64,000 nt of DNA, from contig OZ024741.1 in NCBI GenBank assembly GCA_964016885.1, forward strand, positions 180,172,001 to 180,236,000, in the 5' to 3' direction. The notes beneath the pieces were generated by a model, which saw only the letters and a program-made list of their open reading frames with translations, was not told where the DNA came from and did no database searches. Source of the DNA: Eledone cirrhosa (Eukaryota). Position numbers and translations under genes: made by a program. This document shows positions 55,969-64,000 of this stretch, piece after piece; position 1 is the first letter of the stretch; the number at the start of each line of letters is the position of its first letter.

Positions 55969-56710
55969 TAAATCATGTCCTTAGAATCTCTAGATAAAAT
56001 ATATACCATTTCTTCTCCCAATTAGCATAATTAATCATATAAAAAATCAATTAGACCAAGCTATAAGAATAAAGGCTCCTATGAAGAAATTTTCGACAAA
56101 TAACCGAAAGCGGCCTCTTCGCGGTGACCCCGATAGAGTATTTATCCAACATTTCAACAGCATGTGGAAACTGACTAAATATACCGTCAACCATACACAA
56201 TTAGGTGCAAATTCAAACTTAGAAGAATTATATCTCTACCATGGTTTCGTCCGTATTTTTAGACATCCAATAACAGGATATGTCTAGAGTTTCGGACTCA
56301 TCAAGAACGAACTCTAAATTAGACATTTAATTTTCCAAAGTGATCGCGCCAAAAATAGATTTAAAAATGGCTAAGAATCGTGACGTGGCAGTGGTCAAGT
56401 TAGAAAGAATGTGATTAGTTGCTTACGGCGGATAGGCTTGTTTCACATTTCTCCTAAGTTTGAATTTACACCTAATTCTGTATGGTTGACGGTATATTTA
56501 GTCAGTTTCTACATGCTGTTGAAATGTTGGATAAATACTCTATCGGGGCCACCGCGAAGAGGCCGCTTTCGGTTATTTGTCGAAAATTTCTTCATAGGAG
56601 CCTTTATTCTTATAGCTTGGTCTAATTGATTTTTTATATGGTTAATTATGCTAATTGGGAGAAGAAATGGTATATATTTTATCTAGTGATTCTAAGGACA
56701 TGATTTATGA
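55966..56710. mobile_element. Long-TIR fold-back/MITE-like element
   Basis: 55966-56227 is the reverse complement of 56449-56710 (~260 bp, few mismatches); TA on both flanks; ~220-bp spacer. Confidence 0.85.
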
Positions 56711-56832
56711 TATATTGCTCTGATTATTTAATTTATTAATTCTTCATTGAGCTACAACGTGACCGGTTGCAAAACATATATATCTATGACTTTATGTATA
56801 TGTAAACCTTTATATATATATATATATATATA

Positions 56833-57260
56833 TACTAGTAGAGGTACCCGACGTTGCTCGGGTATTAAATAGCATTTATGTCAATACTTCAGTGCTACTT
56901 CGAAAACTATACTTTTACAAAAGCATCGGCTTTTTCCAAAAGGGGGTTCCTGCCCCCAGGGTTCCCCTACTCAATATGTGCCAATTCTGAGAGTTCACAT
57001 TCATCTGTAGGACAAACGTAGCCCATGTGTCAAGTTTTGTGAAAATCGGTTGCGAACTCCAGAAGTTATGACGTTTTGTTGCATTGCACTGCAGTGCTTC
57101 AGTCGACTCCAAGGAAATGGTTAAAGCAGGTTATCTGCCGGGAGGCCCTATAATCAATATCTGGGAAAATGAAAGTGCCCATGACCATCCGGAGTACATA
57201 AGTAACCTATGTCTTAAGTTTGGTGAAAATACTGTAGAAATGCATAAGGTTTATACATAC
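56833..57260 (+). mobile_element. Helentron/HINE (DINE-1-like) non-autonomous element
   Basis: TACTAG start, hairpin TACCCGACGTTGCTCGGGTA, two AAGTTT(T)G(G)TGAAAAT motifs, ends in ATACATAC/(GT)n. Confidence 0.55.
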
Positions 57261-57272
57261 GCGTGCGTGCGT

Positions 57273-57313
<41 letters not shown>

Positions 57314-57979
57314 TGTGTGTGTGTGTGTGTGTTTGTTTGTGGGTGTGTATGTATTTGTGTGTGCGTATGTATGTGTATGTCCGTCGGGGCATACGTATGT
57401 ACTGGCCTAAATCTTCACTATTTACTTTTACTATTTTAATAACATCTGTCATTTTCGTTTTCAATTTTATTTACATCATTCTTAAACTCCGAGGCTGGAA
57501 ATAATTCTGTTATGTTAAATAGAATATTAGTCTAACGATTCCATTTATACCATAAACTTGGTCTTGTCTTTGCATGAAATTGTTCTTATCGGTCCACATA
57601 ACGACGTATTATCCTCGCTTTTTTCCGTCCATTGCCAGGGAACGTCTTCACGAACCAAAATATCGTCTTCCTGTTTTCGTTCGGTTGCAACGTTTCTCAA
57701 AATATTTACTTCTGCGTTCACAGATTACTCTCAGTTCAATTTGAATGGGAAATTCCTGTTTCATCGATTTTCTTCGTAACCATGGAAGCTTGTAGCTTGA
57801 AAGTCGACCCAACGCCTCCTCGGGTCATTCTGCATAACTGTGTAAATTTTCGCTGCATTCTACCAAGTCATTTTGACGTTTATCCGACTACACCTACTTA
57901 CTTAAATATACAACGTCCCACCACTTCCAATTTATATAGTAGATGTATATGTATGCATATCTATATCTATCTATCTCTA

Positions 57980-58092
<113 letters not shown>

Positions 58093-58300
58093 TAAAACGT
58101 AAGCTAAAATCTCTATTTTATTTAGGGGGCTATAAGTTAGACCGACTAAAGTAAGTCGGTTTTACTCATAGAATTGCCCTGGAATTAAAATAACAACATT
58201 GGTCATTTCAAGACATGGGAATAACCAATGCTGGAAGAATTACAATTACAGATTTCGGACTTCATAACTATTATTACTGTATACACACACACACACACAC

Positions 58301-58374
<74 letters not shown>

Positions 58375-58379
<5 letters not shown>

Positions 58380-58532
58380 ATATTAAATAAATGGAAACTA
58401 TATTTATAACTATAGTTTCCATTTATTTAACATCATTGAATATTTACTCCAGCACTGTTGAGTGCTCTAAATCAGTTATAAACATTTATATTTATATTTG
58501 TCGGATTTCCAACAAATTAAATATCCCTTCTA

Positions 58533-58535
<3 letters not shown>
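58375..58535. mobile_element. Family C fold-back copy
   Basis: 58375-58402 inverted relative to 58411-58438, then 3' tail CCCTTCTACTT and (TA)n; homologous to 1945-2225. Confidence 0.8.
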
Positions 58536-58584
<49 letters not shown>

Positions 58585-59256
58585 TATGTGTGTGTGTATA
58601 TACACATATATATATATATTCATTTTATTAAGGCTAAATACAGGAGTTTCACCTATGACAAGGTCATCAGACAAGAATTAACGTTTCAACACCAGACACA
58701 GTATGATGGTACATTGATATTTTATTCCTATTCTCTATATACTCTTTATAAATATATATATATATAGTTATATATAGTTATATATAACTTTTAAATCAGT
58801 TTGTATGATGAGCATCCGGTTGTTTGATAACCTAACTGACCGTTCTACTCGTTGAATTAAGGTGTAAGTAGCCGAGAATGCCACAAATACGGATATTTTT
58901 AATGAGATTCTGGAACAGCTTGCTCATGAAATTAACACATTAGGAACTGAGAAATCTACTGACAGGTCTACCGTTAATATAATTTACATTGTGACAGTAT
59001 GTGAGACGACCAGACCTTTGAATTGCAGATCGGTTTCTATGCTGTTTCCGCTGACCTATGAAGGTATGGTAAAAGCATTTGCCTGTGATGCAACTCAGTG
59101 GAATCAAACCCGGGAAGTCATGAAGTGGTGTCTATCAACTCTGTAAACCGCAACAGAATTGTGTAAATAGCTTGTAGTGCTGTGTTCAAATCATTCCCGG
59201 GGTATCACTTTAAAACTATGAGGCTACTCCAAGCAGATTTATACTCGAAAATCTAC

Positions 59257-59790
59257 CTTCTTCTTCTTCTTCTTCTTCTTCTTCTTCTTCTTCTTCTTCT
59301 TCTTCTTCTTCTTCTTCTTCTTCTTCTTCTTCTTCTTCTTCTTCTTGACAGGATTCTAGGGGCAGAGTCCTAAAACACTCATTCCAGCTGGTCCTGTCAG
59401 AAGCAACCATCTCCAACTGATCCGGCTGGATCCCAAAGCGTGACCAGCCAAGCTAATGAATGTTATCCGACCATCTTGCTCGGAGTCTACCGCTGGGTCT
59501 CTTGGTCGGCTGGTTTTGTCCTTAAAATCTGTTCAGCAATTCTTTCCTTAGACATTCTAACCACATGTCCATAGTATCTGCGTGTGATCTTTCAATTCGG
59601 AGAAGTAGCGGCTCTATCTGGAGTGACTCTCATTATCGAGTAACGTTACTCCAAAGGCCCTTCTGAGGAATCCCATTTCGGCCGCTTGTATTCGCGATCG
59701 TTTTCTTTTGGTCATTATCCACCTAAGATTCATGACCATAGGTAAGGGTTAGCACATACACAGAATTGAAGATAGCTAGTTTGACTCTTA
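59257..59790 (-). mobile_element. RTE-clade LINE 3' end with (GAA)n tail
   Basis: Homologous to 22985-23420 and 47529-48480. Confidence 0.85.
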
Positions 59791-60434
59791 CGCCAACATT
59801 TTACATATGGCCCGAGTCTGTTACCAGTTTTATGCAGTCCTATATTTTACACCTGGCCTGAGGGTATTACCAGCTTTATACAGCCCAATATTTTATATCT
59901 GGCTTGAGTCAATTACCAACCTTCTACGAAACTACTTCTTACATGTACATAGACGAAGCCTTCAAGTCTGAATCTCTTAAACATTAATAAACTACCAAAC
60001 TCAGGCAATAACAACTCTAGCTATCAGCTTATCAATGAATAGTTGCCTCCAAAACCCGTGAATCCCTTATCTCTTATCGATAATCCTAAATGCTATAAAA
60101 TCTTTATCTTGGATTATTCATCAAAGGTTTAGTCACGTATTGTCTAGACATCATCAAATTGTCTTTCCGTTCTAAAACAGTCTATTACTCCTCAAGAAAC
60201 ACAAATCAATAGCCACATCTATCGGCTTTCTCCACTCCAGCTCCTCACCTAAATCAACTAAAAAGATCTTCTATCTTTATAAATCAACTACAGATTCACT
60301 GCCAACCTTTTAACCCAATCATCATTTCTATTCCATGTGTAATTAAGCGACTTTCCGCTATGCGCCATCTTTTTCACAACGGTGGTGTCTTAATTCTCCG
60401 GCCGTGTGTGTCTGTATGTGTGTATGTGGCTGCG

Positions 60435-60478
<44 letters not shown>

Positions 60479-60562
60479 TGTTGTGGACGAATGTTCCAGT
60501 TGTTCGTGAAATTGACGTGTAAGTTGCAGAGCATTCCACAGACACATGTATGCATGTATGTT

Positions 60563-60668
<106 letters not shown>

Positions 60669-60672
60669 ACAC

Positions 60673-60764
<92 letters not shown>

Positions 60765-60899
60765 TTATATATATATGTATTTATATATATATATGTGTGT
60801 GAGTGTGTGTGCATGTATGTATTCACGTATGTAAGTATGTATGAATACAGGGTGAACCATCATTAAACTTGCTGGCTACAAACAGACATAATGACGTGC

Positions 60900-63800
60900 T
60901 TACAAACGAACAGCATTTTGAGCATTTAATGTAACTATATGAAAGACATCGAAAATGTCGTCAGTTTTGAAAACACGATGTCGGACGTTGATTGTAACAT
61001 CAACACTAACACAAACACCAATAACATGCAAAATATAAACAACACCAACCAGAACAACAATAATGACAACAAGAACAACAACAGCAACAATGATAACAAC
61101 AACAACAACACCAACAACAACAGCAACACGAACAACTCTACGAACAAGGAAAAGATTTCTTTTGCTCAAACCGTCCAAAAGACGGAACTGTTCACATACC
61201 TTGACATTTCCAATGCTAGGGAAATGTTAAGCGATGCAAAACAATACGTAACTTTTGGTGAGAGTGGTGCTTTCAGCATCACTTCTCCTCAACAGTTACG
61301 CAGAGAAACTGTTCTAAAAACAGTAATTTTTAGGACGGTTTCAAATGTGTCGAAAAAACCAGTTCAGTTATCCCAAAACGATATTGAACTGGTTCTGAAG
61401 AATTCGATGAAGTATATTGCCTTCATCCAAAAAGGGAAACTTTTTGGAAGCATTTCGGTGTTGTTGAAAGACCAATTGACAGCACAAAAATATTCTGTAT
61501 CGCCGATTGTGTCCCCCCTTTACACCTTTTTCCCCACATATATGGGAAAAAGAACTCAAAAAATAAAAATGTTGAAGATTGCACCAAATGTAAACGTCTT
61601 GTGGATTCTAACTGGCTTCATCGATTTCGACGAAGACACCATCATTTCGGTGGGAAAGTCCTCCAGAGGCACATTCAATGGCACAAGCATGGAAGTTCTG
61701 GTCCAAATGAGGCCAGAACGGATAGCTAAAATACCCCAACGTTTGCCTCTGGGTGGAATTTCACACATAAACATTTGTTGAGGGTAGGCGGCCTTCATGT
61801 TACCACTGTTTAAGCAGTGGTCACTTGAAGGCTTACTGTCCTCAGTTAACTAAAAAAAAAAAAAAGAGGCACTACTGCCATCACCCAAAACAACGACACA
61901 ACCACCACCACCACCACCACAACAACAACAACAACAACAACAACACGCAAACACAACCAAAACAAGAACAACAAACCAACCTGCAAGCACAGTCCCACCC
62001 AACCCCACTCCACCTAAAACCACTGCAAAAACACCCACAAACACAACAGCTCCCCAAAACATACCCCTTCCAAATAACATAGACACCACAACGGACGAGG
62101 CCCCCACATCATCTCAAAGTGATGATGAGGTAGAGCCTCTCCGTTAGAAAAGAAAGAAGAAAAGACACCACAAGAACAAAAAACAACAAACATCACTACA
62201 AACATACAACCACCAACACAAACAACACAAACATTACAAACAACCCCCCCCCCCCCCGTCCCGAAAACAAAACCACGACATCACTCCAAACGCAAACACC
62301 TACAACAAAACGAAAGCTCCCACAAGAACAACAGACAAAAACCACCGCAACACAACAAGAACATTACACATACATAAACAGTAAAAACAAAACTTTAATG
62401 GAGGTCATCTCCAACGACCCTTCGGTGAAAACCGAAGCGAAAACTTTTTCGAACTGTGTAGATAAACCTAATTTAAAGATGATTAGGGTTCCTACGGACA
62501 CCTATAAGTCTTTAAAGGAAAACTTTCCTAAGGACGTGGGTAATCCTTGTGTTAAACCCATTAACCACGTCCTTTTAAAAAGTTTCCCCACCATCACCGC
62601 CAGAAACCCCCACCCCAGACACCCCCACCCCAGAAACCCCCACCCCAGACACCCCCACCCCAGACACCCCCACTCCACCAAACATCTCCGTCCCCACCCC
62701 GCCGGAAACCACCACCCACCCAGACAATTCCTCTAACACCCCCATGGAAACCGTGCGGCCTGATCCCCGGGAGACGAAGACGTGAGTGTTTTCTTCTCCC
62801 CTTTTAACTTTTCAGAACCAGCATGGCCGATATAAGAGTTGGATGTGTGAATGTACGCGGCCTGGGGATGCCCTGGAAACAGGGAAAACTCTTAAACGAC
62901 CTCAGGTCGCACAGTATGGATGTAGTAGCCATTTGCGAGTCCAGGATCCACAGCGAGCGGCAGTTGGCCCCCATCTTCGATGACTTTGAGATCTACGTGT
63001 CTCTCTGTCAGCCGGGGGGGGTGGGGGCGGGGTTGCCGTTTTGCTGCGGAAACACCTGGGCCTCGTAACACAGACGGTACATCTGGACCCGGAGGGTCGA
63101 CTGGTGGTCCTAGACGTTGACGGTAGTGAAGGTGGAGTCTTCAGGCTGGTGGCCGCATATGCCCCATCCGGGACACCGCGGCCAGACTTCTTCAAACATC
63201 TAGAGACTTTTCTGGAAACTTCCTGCTCCTTGCTTTTAGTGGGGGACTGGAATGGAATCCTAGATGCACGTTGGGACTATGTGGGAGCACCCCCCTTTAT
63301 CGGGATAAAGGGGGGTGTAACATCCTCAAACAGTTAATCGGCCGATTTGACCTGGCCGATGGATATAGACTAGATTTTCCGACTGTGCCACTGTGGACGT
63401 GGACTAATCTTAGCGGAACATCTAGATCGTACCTAGATAGGGTTCTAGTTAGAAATAAGGATAGGGAGATGTTAAGCTGTCCACAAATGTTCATGGTTGC
63501 CTAGTCAGATCACAAACTAGTGACCTGCATGGTCAACCTTGATAGAACCCATAGACAAGGACCCGGCTATTGGAAGCTGAACTTGTCGTTACCGACATGC
63601 AAAACCTACAGTAGACGGATTAGCACTTTAGTTAAACAGCACTTGACAGGGGCCATTGTCAACAACAGATGGTGGTACTCTCTCAAGAGGGCAGTTAGAT
63701 TAGACTCGTTAGTTTTTAGTAAAGAATTAGCGTTAGATAGAAATAGAACCGAGAAAGAACTGGTAGATAAACTAGAAGTGGCAATTAGAAGTGGCAACGT

Positions 63801-64000
63801 AGCCAGCGTGCTAGCAACGAGAACGGCCTTGGACCAGGTCTTTGACGCAAAGCATGAGAGCTGCGTTGTCAGAAGCAAAATACGTGCTCTGGGAAACGAG
63901 GGAGCCAAAGCTGTTAGCTGGCCCCGAGTGATGGAGGCAAAAAGTGGCAACAGGTCCACGATTCGGTCTTTGAAGGACCAAAGCGGACGCGTGATACGTG
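60900..64000 (+). mobile_element. Tx1-like LINE (copy 4), runs off the window end
   Basis: ORF1 60939-61781 homologous to copies 1-3 (ISFAQTVQK, FPTYMGKRTQK); zinc knuckle at ~61798; ORF2 ATG at 62823 with APE motifs. Confidence 0.92.

Noticed and set aside
57540-57860. Complex unique-looking sequence with short ORFs
   Set aside because: Stops in all plausible frames and no identifiable domain; possibly an old transposon remnant

Overview
Eukaryotic, AT-rich, microsatellite-saturated intergenic or intronic DNA. The repeat repertoire resembles a cephalopod (octopus-type) genome, but this is inference. I could not support any host protein-coding gene; most listed ORFs are microsatellite artefacts. 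The window is mostly mobile DNA: four long and two short L1-clade Tx1-like LINEs, several of them anchored in (ATCT)n/(GATA)n arrays; several RTE-clade LINE fragments, one with a twin-priming-type inversion and one with a PHD-like finger; a decayed Penelope-like element (GIY-YIG, Naiad-like); two internally deleted Tc1/mariner transposons; tRNA-derived SINEs, MITEs, Helentron-like elements and minisatellites. The most striking signal is at least five unrelated non-coding element families that sit in or next to (TA)n tracts, carry hammerhead-ribozyme (HHR) motifs (canonical, U3-A8, G8A or partial) and share a fold-back layout (inverted 3' end joined to a forward copy). This suggests a ribozyme-bearing, non-autonomous Penelope-like/retrozyme system that targets TA microsatellites. 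All coordinates and pairings were read by eye.
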